From positions 124,001-188,000 of IMG/VR virus record IMGVR_UViG_3300030385_002649: a DNA stretch of 64,000 nt; one strand, given 5' to 3'. The position numbers were made by a program, and so were the translations under genes. This document shows positions 39,787-49,716 of this stretch, piece by piece (the first letter of the stretch is position 1; the number at the start of each line of letters is the position of its first letter). Under the pieces are notes generated by a model, which saw only the letters and a list, made by a program, of their open reading frames with translations, was not told the DNA's origin and did not search any database.

Positions 39787-41739
39787 TTATTCAACGAAAA
39801 TCATCCTAGACGGTAAGTCGTTTGCAGTGATTTCATCGTCGTCATCAGCTAATTCTGGGCTAAAGCCCTCCACTAATAAGATCTTTGTATCAGCGATTGT
39901 TCGCGTTCTAAGATCATCGCTAATCAGTGGTTTTACCAAATCAGCTTGATAAGGGTCATCAACATTTAGTCTCGACAGTCCATCAAGTTCACAATTGTTC
40001 ATCATATTCTCAAAGCCGCTGTTTAGAACTAGCTTGCTTGAATTAGAAGAGAACAAACCATGATTATGGATCGTCTGTATTTTCTCTAGGTCTTCATTAA
40101 TAGACTTACGGCGCTCAAACTCGTGGAGTTCCATAAGGACCTCGCGCTCAAGACTATCATCATAACCTTCTGGCATCTGAGGAGCGCCACCAGCAGCTGG
40201 GTCGGCACCAAAACCACCCTCACCGCCTAGACCTTCTTCAGCGCCGATGCCGCTAGGAGCGGGCTCGCCAGGCATTTCCATGCCTCCCATGCCCATATCT
40301 CCCATTCCGCCGCCCATTCCGCCGCCGCCCATGCCTCCCATGCCGCCCATTTGAGACGCAGCCTGGTCCTGGACCATGCGCATCTTTTCGTCATTTTGGG
40401 CGATTTCGTCTTTGGTCATATCAGTGAATCGTTCGAGGATCCACTCCTTAGGGAACATCTCTGTCGCCCTAAGCGCATCGATGACGTTTGCTCTAGATTG
40501 CCAAACTTCAATCCTATACAGTTCATCGATAGCCGACGAAGCAGTCATATGGATGTCGAAATCTCGCATGTCCTGAGCGTTATACCCTTGAAGAGCCAAA
40601 TGGACGATAGCCACTTTCTTAAGGCCCATAGCGATCTCGCGCTGGATCCACTGGATAGCCTTAGCAAATTCAGGGCTAACCTGAGACAGCGATCTTTCGT
40701 TGCTCCCGGATGATTCGCCAAGCCCAACACGATCAAAAGGAATCTTCAGGCCAGAGACCATGCTCTTCTTGAAGTACTCGATGTCCTTGATATCATCGAG
40801 GTTCTCAGCACCAGGAAGGGTTGTAATGGTAGGGCCGGTTCCGTCGGCGCGTTGTGGGAGCCAGAAGTCGTCCTCCTGGATCAGCGGGTGCCAACGTTCA
40901 TTGACGTCTCCGGTCGAAGGATCGAAGAATTGTTTTTTCTTAAACTGCCTAGCAATATTAGCGATATATCCTGGAACTTCCGGGGTTGGGATATTGCCAA
41001 CAGGAATTGTGAAGACTCTTTTTTCCGGCGCTCTAGTAATTCTATAAATCAGAGCGGCGTCTTCCATCAACCTTAGCTGCTTAAAGTGCTTCCTGGCTCC
41101 GTCTAGAATTGATCGACCGTATGGGTGATAAATGTTCTCTAACGAAGTAAGCCTCATATGAGAGACTTGCCAAGGGTGCAAGAAGACTGGCTCCGACGTG
41201 TTCTGGTCCTGGAAGAAAAATCCAACCAAGTCGCCATAACGTGTTTCAATTCTTGTGAAATTGTACACGTTCATGTGTTTGAGGTTGATGACTCCGGTTC
41301 GGTTCTTATCAACAATGATTTCGAACGGACAATCTCCGTATTTGACCAAGTAACGAACCCAAGTGCGCAAGTGACTATCGACGAGAAGAGTGTTATAGAA
41401 GAAATCTTCCAACTCTTCCTTTACTCTATCGCTCTTGGCTTTAATAGTGAGAACGTGTTTCAATTCAGGGTCTACAAGGCTTGATTCGTCAGCGTAAAGG
41501 TCAAGAGCTAGAGTAATAGCACCAACCTCATCCATCTGGTCGAAGTCTTTGTAACGTTCTAATCTGTTGATTTGTAGGTTGGTCTGCTCAAGTAGGACGT
41601 TTTGTTGACCGAAATTGAGGAAGTTGCCGCCTGCGGTGACTTTGTCTAGACGGTGCTGATCGCGAAAAGTAGTTTCATTACGATAGATGCTTTGAGCCTT
41701 GAATAAGGCAGACAGTCTATCAAATAATTGGAAACTCAT
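39787..41739 (-). CDS. gp20: Portal protein, T4 gp20-like
   Basis: ALDLYADES, KQLRLMEDAALIYRITRAPEKRVF, EDDFWLP.R.DG..TTITTLPG.ENL..I.DIEYF. Confidence 0.96.
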   Translation of the reverse strand: MSFQLFDRLSALFKAQSIYRNETTFRDQHRLDKVTAGGNFLNFGQQNVLLEQTNLQINRLERYKDFDQMDEVGAITLALDLYADESSLVDPELKHVLTIKAKSDRVKEELEDFFYNTLLVDSHLRTWVRYLVKYGDCPFEIIVDKNRTGVINLKHMNVYNFTRIETRYGDLVGFFFQDQNTSEPVFLHPWQVSHMRLTSLENIYHPYGRSILDGARKHFKQLRLMEDAALIYRITRAPEKRVFTIPVGNIPTPEVPGYIANIARQFKKKQFFDPSTGDVNERWHPLIQEDDFWLPQRADGTGPTITTLPGAENLDDIKDIEYFKKSMVSGLKIPFDRVGLGESSGSNERSLSQVSPEFAKAIQWIQREIAMGLKKVAIVHLALQGYNAQDMRDFDIHMTASSAIDELYRIEVWQSRANVIDALRATEMFPKEWILERFTDMTKDEIAQNDEKMRMVQDQAASQMGGMGGMGGGGMGGGMGDMGMGGMEMPGEPAPSGIGAEEGLGGEGGFGADPAAGGAPQMPEGYDDSLEREVLMELHEFERRKSINEDLEKIQTIHNHGLFSSNSSKLVLNSGFENMMNNCELDGLSRLNVDDPYQADLVKPLISDDLRTRTIADTKILLVEGFSPELADDDDEITANDLPSRMIFVE

Positions 41740-41746
41740 ATTGTAT

Positions 41747-44700
41747 TTATCGCTTGAAGTACTTTAACACGTGTTTCTTAAAAGAAACACTATCGTTAGG
41801 TTTTCCGCTACTGGTATTTTTACCCAACGGGTGACTACCCAATTGAGATGCAAATCTAGCCACTTCACTAGTGGCATCAACCTTACCTACCCATCCTTCA
41901 GATGACAAATTTACAGGAGCCAACGCATCCCTACCACCTTTAATTAACAGAGCCCTATGCTTGTCAGGATGAATAACCGGTTCCAACATTCTACTAGAGA
42001 TGTCCATATTGTGCAGAGGGGCCAAATTGTACCCCTGTGTCAAAATCGCTTCAGGTATACCAATAAGAGCAAAACACGCGGCCAACACGAGGTCATCAGT
42101 GTTTCCAGTGCCTGGTTCGTTTCCATATCGACCACCACCAAGATGGATGAAGATACACAATTCTCTATAAAGCCTAGGCGACTTGATTGTCCATCCGTCG
42201 ATTCCAACATTATCTTTCAGACATTTTACGAGAATGTGCTTCGTGGTATTAGATGTTGGAAATCCGGTCTTGTTATACTTCATCTTAAGGTTAGTCGTCT
42301 GAGTCTTGTGGCGGTATAACGTTGGGTACATCAATTCGTACTCAAGTTCTTGGCACAACGTAGCACCAATGCCGGTCCTCTCAGGGACGATTAACGCATT
42401 ATTATACAACCTGCCAACATAATCAGCCATTCTAGCGAACATCTTAGGCAGAACTCTCATCCTAAGTTCTGCCACTTGTTCTTGAGTGTCTACATCGAAG
42501 ATTTCCAACGTAGAATAATCATCCGCTTCTCCTGTAGACGGGTCAGCGCCAACAATATAGAGGTGAGCGCGTTTAGCGTGTTCAGGCAACGAATCTAGTG
42601 TGCCATCACGGCGAGCCTTAGCCATTTCCCGGTCTGCATCAGCCTGAGTGAACGGTTCGTCCCAAATCCAAAATTGCTCCTGGAAATCAAGAACTGTGCG
42701 AACATCCTGAGAAGGATTTATGTATTCTACAGAATCTAGTACCTTATACTTGTCTCCGTACTCGGCAACCATTCTTTCTAATTCAAACAGCGCGTTACGG
42801 TTTAGAACAGTGTGACCAGAGCCTAAGAATTCAGCCAACACTTCTTGTCTAAAAGCGCTATCATCACCCTTAGTAGAGAGGTCGTCATATTGAGTTTCTA
42901 GCCATGGGCTCCAATAAGGGCCATATTTCTCAATGTCCTCTTTTTTCTCTAGTTTTTTCATTTCTCTTGTTGGAGAAATAACGGTTTTGTTACCAGAAAG
43001 CTCATCTACGAAGTCTAGGCTCCAGTCCATATTCCACCAGTTGATGAGAATAGGATTAAAATTATTTTCTTTATCAACAGCCGCTGACCAGGTCTTATAA
43101 TACCAGTTGCCAACACCCTTTGGAGTGCTAATAACAATACAAGAGCCACCCGTCTGCATAGTATTATGAGAGACAAAACCATTAGCAACATAAGTATTAT
43201 TGCCAGGAACACTAATGTCGACCGTAAAAGATTTAGATTTCACAACCGAAACAACCTCATCTATAAAAATCCCATCCTTCACAACATATTTAATAGGATC
43301 CCTCCGAGAAGCTACGCGAACTATGTCGCATTTTTTCCTTTCAGAAATAAACCCAATATCGCTCATAAATTTAATGCGGTTGTCAAGATTTAAAATCTCT
43401 AACCGATAAGATTCTTTACTATTTTCAAATCCTCCTTTTTTAATTGTTTTTCTAGAAATGATCCCTAAATTGAGGAGCATTACTTGAACTAGCCTGGCCA
43501 ATTTTTCAGAAATTGACGAAAACCCAATACTATAAATTATAGAATTGGGCCTATACTTATCATCATATTGATAACACCATCCATCAGCTTCGAACAGTCC
43601 TCTCAGAAACGCTTTATGAATCTTTTGGCTAGATTTCATAATCATCTCTGGTATAGTCGCATTATGCGCATGTGTTTTGCAATGAAAATGCTTTTCAAAC
43701 CACTTCACAAAAGGAGAACTATTAACCCTAAATTCCCCAGCGCCATTAGAAATCCTATCACTGTGATCTAAGCCAATTGAATTAAAGTAACTACCAAAGT
43801 GCCCTGAAACGTCAGAATCTTGAGGATCATAAGATAGCAAAAACCTATGCGGTCTCTTATTAACAATGCAGCCATCACCAACATAATAACCAATAAGTTC
43901 AGCAAGCCTTTCGTCCAATATCTTGGGCTTATTGAAGCCCTTACCCATCTTTAAAACCGGAGCGCAATCAAAACATATAAACTTATTGCTATTTCTTTTA
44001 AAATTGCGCTTATAAGTTCTATAATTCACAGAAACTGTTTTGCTACAATTAAAACAAATTGGGCTTACAGTATCAGCATTTTTTGCCTCAATAAAAAGAG
44101 TAGGGAACTGGTCGACATTATTGATATAAGTGTCAAATTCGACATCAAAATCAGAGCCGCACTTTAACGAAAGTTTCTGGCTAAGATCGACATCTTTAGA
44201 ATAGACCCATTCATATTGATCATCCTTAAGCCTATGATTGCCAGTGCATTCTATTTCATACCCCAGCTTAGTAGTTATAATGTTGGTAGAAGCAATGCCA
44301 TTTATATAAAACTTGTCAGAGTTCTTTATACAAAAGTCAGATTGTACCTCAACATCGATATCCTGCCATTGACCTCCATTTAAATCCCCTAAAGACCCTA
44401 TCTCCACCAAAGACCCTTCAGATGATATGAGAGAGTCTGGTCTTATGCATGAGAAGCCGCCCTTCCACATATCATCCATGTGTTGAATAAACGCGGCCTC
44501 ATCGATAATGTTTAGCGAAGAAGCGTTGGATCGGAGAGTGTCAGGGTTGGATGTTAGAGACCGAATCATCGATCCATTTTGGAAACCTAGGGAGTGCTCG
44601 TTCATAACGTCTGGTTTCCATAAGTCCTTCATCCACTTTGGAAGGTGCTTATAGACGAACTTGATGTTACGATCTAGGTAGTTCTTAGCGTCAGGGTCAG

Positions 44701-45439
44701 TACGCGATACGATGAGGACAGTCTTGTTGTTGAAGAACATCGCGTACCACAAAGCGAAAGCACCAGAAAGCGTGGAAATGCCAACCTGTCTACAATTATG
44801 AACGACTGAGCCGTCAACTATAAAATTGCTATGTGGAGGCACTTCTAAGTCGTACGTCTTAACTTTCTTGTGCGGTTTTATAGATAGGACTTGACCCTTT
44901 TCGCGATTGAAGAAGAAGCCCTTTTTTGTGGTGTCTTGGCATTTTGGCTCTTTTCCAAAAGTGCCGATTTCTGAATCATAAATTTCTACAAGCACATCAT
45001 TTTGTGTTAAATCTCCTACTTCGACCCAGCCTCTTCTTGTGAGATATTCATGATCGGCTGTAGCATACGATTTGTGACCAGTTTTTGTTCTAACCTCGAA
45101 TGTATCTTTCATACCATTTTCTAAAGTAGAAAGAACTGGGGCGGTCTCTACAGTTCCTGATTGCTCATTATATGTATAGACCAGATCTCCGATTTTAATG
45201 TTTTCGATATTTATGGGCCCTTTTGGAGTCCATACAGGGCTCCCTTCGGCCAGACACTTTCTGAAAATGTTAAAACGATGGGTTGTGAAGTCCTTTAGAC
45301 ATTTCTTCTGATAGCCGAACAACTTGAATTTAATGATTCCAAGCTTTGGATGCTTTACTTTACAAAAGTTGTTGATGAAGAACTCTGGGTCCTGTTGGCA
45401 TCTTTTGATGATTTTAGCTAGGGTTGGGTGTACAGCCAC
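41747..45439 (-). CDS. gp17: Terminase large subunit, T4 gp17-like, with two inteins
   Basis: F.LFGYQ, K|CRQVGIST Walker A, IIDEAAFI Walker B, VISTPKG, FRQEV.AEF, GADPSTG, DDLVLA. Confidence 0.96.
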   Translation of the reverse strand: MAVHPTLAKIIKRCQQDPEFFINNFCKVKHPKLGIIKFKLFGYQKKCLKDFTTHRFNIFRKCLAEGSPVWTPKGPINIENIKIGDLVYTYNEQSGTVETAPVLSTLENGMKDTFEVRTKTGHKSYATADHEYLTRRGWVEVGDLTQNDVLVEIYDSEIGTFGKEPKCQDTTKKGFFFNREKGQVLSIKPHKKVKTYDLEVPPHSNFIVDGSVVHNCRQVGISTLSGAFALWYAMFFNNKTVLIVSRTDPDAKNYLDRNIKFVYKHLPKWMKDLWKPDVMNEHSLGFQNGSMIRSLTSNPDTLRSNASSLNIIDEAAFIQHMDDMWKGGFSCIRPDSLISSEGSLVEIGSLGDLNGGQWQDIDVEVQSDFCIKNSDKFYINGIASTNIITTKLGYEIECTGNHRLKDDQYEWVYSKDVDLSQKLSLKCGSDFDVEFDTYINNVDQFPTLFIEAKNADTVSPICFNCSKTVSVNYRTYKRNFKRNSNKFICFDCAPVLKMGKGFNKPKILDERLAELIGYYVGDGCIVNKRPHRFLLSYDPQDSDVSGHFGSYFNSIGLDHSDRISNGAGEFRVNSSPFVKWFEKHFHCKTHAHNATIPEMIMKSSQKIHKAFLRGLFEADGWCYQYDDKYRPNSIIYSIGFSSISEKLARLVQVMLLNLGIISRKTIKKGGFENSKESYRLEILNLDNRIKFMSDIGFISERKKCDIVRVASRRDPIKYVVKDGIFIDEVVSVVKSKSFTVDISVPGNNTYVANGFVSHNTMQTGGSCIVISTPKGVGNWYYKTWSAAVDKENNFNPILINWWNMDWSLDFVDELSGNKTVISPTREMKKLEKKEDIEKYGPYWSPWLETQYDDLSTKGDDSAFRQEVLAEFLGSGHTVLNRNALFELERMVAEYGDKYKVLDSVEYINPSQDVRTVLDFQEQFWIWDEPFTQADADREMAKARRDGTLDSLPEHAKRAHLYIVGADPSTGEADDYSTLEIFDVDTQEQVAELRMRVLPKMFARMADYVGRLYNNALIVPERTGIGATLCQELEYELMYPTLYRHKTQTTNLKMKYNKTGFPTSNTTKHILVKCLKDNVGIDGWTIKSPRLYRELCIFIHLGGGRYGNEPGTGNTDDLVLAACFALIGIPEAILTQGYNLAPLHNMDISSRMLEPVIHPDKHRALLIKGGRDALAPVNLSSEGWVGKVDATSEVARFASQLGSHPLGKNTSSGKPNDSVSFKKHVLKYFKR
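43163..44449 (-). mobile_element. Intein (429 aa) with LAGLIDADG homing endonuclease in terminase
   Basis: CIRPDSLI start, IECTGNH, LAELIGYYVGDG and FLRGLFEADG, TVDISV..NTYVANGFVSHN|T end. Confidence 0.93.
44795..45256 (-). mobile_element. Mini-intein (154 aa) in terminase Walker A
   Basis: CLAEGSPV start, ATADH, TYDLEV..HSNFIVDGSVVHN|C end; too short for an endonuclease. Confidence 0.93.
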
Positions 45440-45996
45440 TATTCATCATCTTCTTGTTTATCTTCTGCAGCTTGTAGAAGTGCCTCTAATGAATCCGCAT
45501 CGAAGTTGACATTTACCGTATTGAGAATTTCACTTCCCTTAGTGGCAGATACTAGCTTGCTAAACGAGTCCATAGCCCTGATTGTTGTAGTGGCGATGTC
45601 GTTTTTAGTCTTGAGCAACTCTGGGAACTTCTCAATATAAATCGTCGGGATTTTTACATTGTTGGCCAATGTCTCAAAGAAGTGATCGATAAGGTCTTGG
45701 ACCTGAGTACGGTCGTTTCGACAATTTTCTACTACCTCTTCGAAAACGAGACGGTATTTGCCCATCATAGACTTCATGTCTAGACTAGCGTCTTCGGCAT
45801 CTGAATTTGTTAGTTTCTCAACTTTAGTTCGTTCAACCTTCATCGGAGTGATGCTCATGACATCACTCTCCTTCTTTTTAGTCTCTTTCGGATCTTCCGA
45901 TTTGGCTAAAATTCTAGGGAGTTGAGGGCCCGGGAGAGGATCTGAGTCATCCATCTCATTAAGGATCGATTGTAGCTCTTCGTCGTCTTCAGTCAA
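45439..45996 (-). CDS. Probable terminase small subunit
   Basis: Helical 185-aa protein immediately upstream of and coupled to the large terminase. Confidence 0.45.
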   Translation of the reverse strand: MTEDDEELQSILNEMDDSDPLPGPQLPRILAKSEDPKETKKKESDVMSITPMKVERTKVEKLTNSDAEDASLDMKSMMGKYRLVFEEVVENCRNDRTQVQDLIDHFFETLANNVKIPTIYIEKFPELLKTKNDIATTTIRAMDSFSKLVSATKGSEILNTVNVNFDADSLEALLQAAEDKQEDDE

Positions 45997-46954
45997 GGTT
46001 CAATCTCCCAAGGATAAGCTTATTGAACATCTCTGCCTCCTCAGGATTATTACCTACTTGTGGGACTGTAGATTCTTCGATCTTATCTGGTTGTCCTAAA
46101 ACCTGTAAAGCTTCATAGATAAGATCGAAGTCATACTTCTTTCCGCCCTTATGACTGATAAAGTTGCCTTCTAGCAACCACGCTTCAGGATCGGCACTAT
46201 ATCCTTCTCCATTAACAAGAAGCCCGTCTTTCATTGACCATCCGCCGAAACATCTGGCTTTCATAACCTTCAAGGCTTCAACCATCAGGTCTCTCCCTGG
46301 AATGCCGGAAATTTCAGAGCTTGACAAGTCATTATCCTTGATGCGCATCAAGACTTTACAAACCGAGTTCACAAATGGGTTGGCCGTGGACCCAGCCTTT
46401 TTGGCCCGTCTCTCGGCCCCTCGTTGACTGTTCAATTGGTCAATCTTGCGGTGGCTCTGGTCTTTATTATCTCCGCCCTTTTTAATCTTGCCAACTTTAC
46501 CCTTTTTACCCTTTAGTTTGTTAGCTGGATCGACGCCAACTTTGTTAGCACCTTTGGCGTACAGTTCGTTTCGGTTTTGTCGCTTAGCCTTGATTTGGGT
46601 TGATTGGTTCAGTTTTCTGGCTGGCGAATCTCCTCCGTGTCCTCTCATCTGGTTGGTGGCGAACTCGTTTAGTTCTTGTCCATCAACGTCGGGGGCGGAA
46701 GGGTCTTTTTCTCCATCGTTTTCATCAGACGGCATAATAATAAGCTTCCTAAGAGTAGCGTCATCATACTGAGCCATGATCTTGAAGGAAGGGCTATCAA
46801 TATTTGTTTTGAGGGGTACGAAAATAGCTTGATCGGCCATCGGAACGTTTTTCAACGCTTTAATGACGGACGCGTCGACAATAGCGAATTCTTTGTCGGT
46901 AAACGTTACTATTTTGGAAAAGTTTTCTGGTTCTTTATTCTTCATCGGCGTCAT
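45989..46954 (-). CDS. Hypothetical protein (basic central region)
   Basis: 321-aa ORF in the packaging operon; TAAACATA upstream. Confidence 0.55.
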   Translation of the reverse strand: MTPMKNKEPENFSKIVTFTDKEFAIVDASVIKALKNVPMADQAIFVPLKTNIDSPSFKIMAQYDDATLRKLIIMPSDENDGEKDPSAPDVDGQELNEFATNQMRGHGGDSPARKLNQSTQIKAKRQNRNELYAKGANKVGVDPANKLKGKKGKVGKIKKGGDNKDQSHRKIDQLNSQRGAERRAKKAGSTANPFVNSVCKVLMRIKDNDLSSSEISGIPGRDLMVEALKVMKARCFGGWSMKDGLLVNGEGYSADPEAWLLEGNFISHKGGKKYDFDLIYEALQVLGQPDKIEESTVPQVGNNPEEAEMFNKLILGRLNLD

Positions 46955-47768
46955 AGTTTGCGTGAGTTACCCTATGTTTATTTTCAGGTTTCATTAGCTC
47001 CTCGTTGATAGGAGCGTCAGTAAATTCATGCATTCTAAGTCTGATCGTTCGAATAAAGTTCGAAATTACAGTTCGTGATAAACCAGTCTTTTTAACCAAT
47101 TTGTCGATGAGGCCATCGTAAGGTCGGTCATCCTTACCAACAAGTTCTTTCAAGGCAGTTATAATCTTCAAGTGATTGACATTGAACTTACACAAATCCG
47201 ATGCTTCCTCAATAAATCTGTCGAACTTATAATTGTTAGGACTTCTCTTTAGATCTAAGTGATCCTTATAAGCGCCGCCATTCCGCTTGTCCCTAGATTC
47301 CTTCTTGATGTGGGCCAACATGACCGTCTTAGCCACTTGGCTCCACATGTTGAAAACCTTAGTGTGGCCTGGGCGATGGTCGAACTTATAAAGAGACGAC
47401 TCAATCTGACACCAAGCGATCTGATAAAGTTCTCCAAATGCAGAGCCCTCTTTACCAGTCCCTAGCATGTGGAGATTGTGCGTTCTGATTATCTGACGAA
47501 TAAGCTCCGAAGCATTCGCCATAATCCTATTCCGCAAGATGATGTCAGTACAACCGCCTTTAACGTACTCAGTTAACAAGCTTTCGACATATAAATTATC
47601 GAAGTAATGATTTTTAGGGAGATTCGGATTTACCGGGCGTTCAACGTCTTCGAACTTAATCGGGTCGACATCGAACCTTTGTTTCTTACCCTTGGTATTC
47701 TTAGTATGCTTTTTGATTACTTCGACAGGGGGTTTCTCCGCTGCCTTCTTATCTTTAGATTCTCCCAT
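46935..47768 (-). CDS. Phage sigma factor, gp55-like
   Basis: HYFDN..VE, ELYQ.AW......LYKFD.....KVFNMWSQVAK region-2-like pattern, C-terminal HTH-like segment. Confidence 0.6.
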   Translation of the reverse strand: MGESKDKKAAEKPPVEVIKKHTKNTKGKKQRFDVDPIKFEDVERPVNPNLPKNHYFDNLYVESLLTEYVKGGCTDIILRNRIMANASELIRQIIRTHNLHMLGTGKEGSAFGELYQIAWCQIESSLYKFDHRPGHTKVFNMWSQVAKTVMLAHIKKESRDKRNGGAYKDHLDLKRSPNNYKFDRFIEEASDLCKFNVNHLKIITALKELVGKDDRPYDGLIDKLVKKTGLSRTVISNFIRTIRLRMHEFTDAPINEELMKPENKHRVTHANYDADEE

Positions 47769-47810
47769 TGAAAAAGCCTCACTTGCAATATTTACTTACT
47801 TGCAATGTGA

Positions 47811-49328
47811 TTACTTTCTCTTAGGGAGCCTAAACTTCGACTTAACAAGCTGTTCGCCGTCGATTGTCTGTCCGTTTACAAGGACTTTGGCCTTATAACC
47901 CATAGCGATAATACTTTTCAGTTGCTCCTTGCTATGACGATAGAGGTAATAGTTGTTAAGATGCAAAAAGAAGAATAACCTAGCAAACCCTTTATCGTTT
48001 TGTCGGACCGCTCTACCAGTCTTCTGGTTAAAATCAGAGTGCAGCTTGCCGCCACCACAGATTATCAAATTATGGACGCCGCCTTTAATATCTAGACCAC
48101 GCTTCAGAATCTTGCCACCAATAAGACATCTTAACTTCCCAGACTTGAAGTCCTCGATAGCTTCATTCCTCTTCTTTTTGGAAGTCTTACCATAAATAAA
48201 CACCGAGTCTTCAATTTTCTCAGCTAGAGCCTTGCCCAGAATCTCAACATTATTAGTGTCTACCAACACCAAGTTCCTATCATGAGGAAAAGCGTCGATA
48301 ATCTTCTTGATGGCTTTGTGATAAGTGTCGTTCTCTACGATGTGTTCTTTCTCAGCAATATCGTAAGCCATCCGGTCGCCTTTGTCGCCATCCTCTCCGA
48401 TAGCAATCATATACGGCCTGATCGGGATGATTCTACCGATTCCTTCCAAGTATTTCCTGTCTATCTCGAAGATGATAGATCCAAGGTGTTCCTTTAGGAC
48501 CAACGCCTCCACTGGTTTGGCAGGGTCGAAGCATGTTCCGCTAAAGCCATACCTATACCGACCTTTAAAGTGCTTCAAAAACAGCTTACGATAACGTTTG
48601 TCAGTTGCCTTATCACATTCGTCGACGAGCAATAACTCAGCCTTGTTCACAATCTCTTGAAAAGCTTTAGCGTTCCGGACTCTGGACTTCCACTGGTTAA
48701 AATTCTTTTTCTTAAGACTCAATGGAGGACTCGTCATCGATTGAATAGAGCCAACTACAACCATTTGTCCATTTGGCGTCTCTCCTCCGTAGAAAAGTCC
48801 CGCGCCGCCTTCTACTACATCTCTAAGCTCAAGTCGTTCCTTGATCTGTTCGATTACAATACGTTGATCCGCGATGACTACAGTAAGCATGTTGAAGTGC
48901 TTGATGATGCCAGCCGCAACTTCAGTCTTGCCGCCTCCTGTAGGGATAGAAATCATCCCTACTTCCTCACCGCAAATTGTTTTGATTGCATTAAGTTGGT
49001 GAGGTTCTAACGTGATGCCTCTCAGCATCTCTGGGTCGACCTCCTTCGCGTCCTTAATGACTTTTTCTGGAGCTTCCCGCAGATCTTCGACTTCTAATGG
49101 AATGCCATGCTTGGCGCACAACACTATGAGTTCATTCAACAAAGGTCTAGCTATACGGCTATTTTTCCTGTCGTATTTGCGAAACCAGCCGTCCCAAGAT
49201 TGCTGTTTAGTGTCAATAAACTGAATCCTAGGGTGTTTTGCAGAAAAATGGTCATTGAGAACACTGTCATAAGCCCCGATCACTTGATCAAGGTAGACCC
49301 ATTTGTTGTTTGCTATGAGAGCGCGCAA
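47811..49328 (-). CDS. uvsW: UvsW-like superfamily 2 helicase
   Basis: PHQ, IPTGGGKT, LVDECD, YGFSGT, FIYG, ILKRGLDI, QKTGRAVR. Confidence 0.85.
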   Translation of the reverse strand: MRALIANNKWVYLDQVIGAYDSVLNDHFSAKHPRIQFIDTKQQSWDGWFRKYDRKNSRIARPLLNELIVLCAKHGIPLEVEDLREAPEKVIKDAKEVDPEMLRGITLEPHQLNAIKTICGEEVGMISIPTGGGKTEVAAGIIKHFNMLTVVIADQRIVIEQIKERLELRDVVEGGAGLFYGGETPNGQMVVVGSIQSMTSPPLSLKKKNFNQWKSRVRNAKAFQEIVNKAELLLVDECDKATDKRYRKLFLKHFKGRYRYGFSGTCFDPAKPVEALVLKEHLGSIIFEIDRKYLEGIGRIIPIRPYMIAIGEDGDKGDRMAYDIAEKEHIVENDTYHKAIKKIIDAFPHDRNLVLVDTNNVEILGKALAEKIEDSVFIYGKTSKKKRNEAIEDFKSGKLRCLIGGKILKRGLDIKGGVHNLIICGGGKLHSDFNQKTGRAVRQNDKGFARLFFFLHLNNYYLYRHSKEQLKSIIAMGYKAKVLVNGQTIDGEQLVKSKFRLPKRK

Positions 49329-49365
49329 AATTTTGATACCCTTTCACATTTCTTAAGAGCCATAT

Positions 49366-49395
49366 GTCTAAAATACTCCGCTTAAGTATTTAGAC
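49366..49395. promoter_or_regulatory. Inverted repeat upstream of the helicase
   Basis: GTCTAAAATACT-ccgctta-AGTATTTAGAC. Confidence 0.5.
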
Positions 49396-49716
49396 CTAAT
49401 TATGAGCTATAAAGCTCTTGTCAACCTCAACACTAATGGTTCCGCCAGGACTTTCACAAGTGATGATAGGTCGTTGCTCATAAGGAGGATCTCCTATATA
49501 AGGCATCGGCCAAGTAGGAGTAACAACAGGAGGCGTTATTGCCGGAATGGCGATTTTGTTAGCCAACTTCTCTACCAAGCGCCTTAGGAAATCAATCTCA
49601 TCCTGTTGCACTTTTCTATCCGCTTTTAAGTCTTTAACTTCTTGTAAAAGATCTGATTTGGTCTTACTCATTATTTCCTCTGTGAGAAATCTTCTTCGCA
49701 GGCTCCGCCAGCGCAA
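49396..49716 (-). CDS. Hypothetical protein (likely start MSKTK at 49671)
   Basis: Coiled coil plus Pro-rich tail; GAGG RBS before the ATG overlapping the RNR stop. Confidence 0.55.
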   Translation of the reverse strand: MRWRSLRRRFLTEEIMSKTKSDLLQEVKDLKADRKVQQDEIDFLRRLVEKLANKIAIPAITPPVVTPTWPMPYIGDPPYEQRPIITCESPGGTISVEVDKSFIAHN

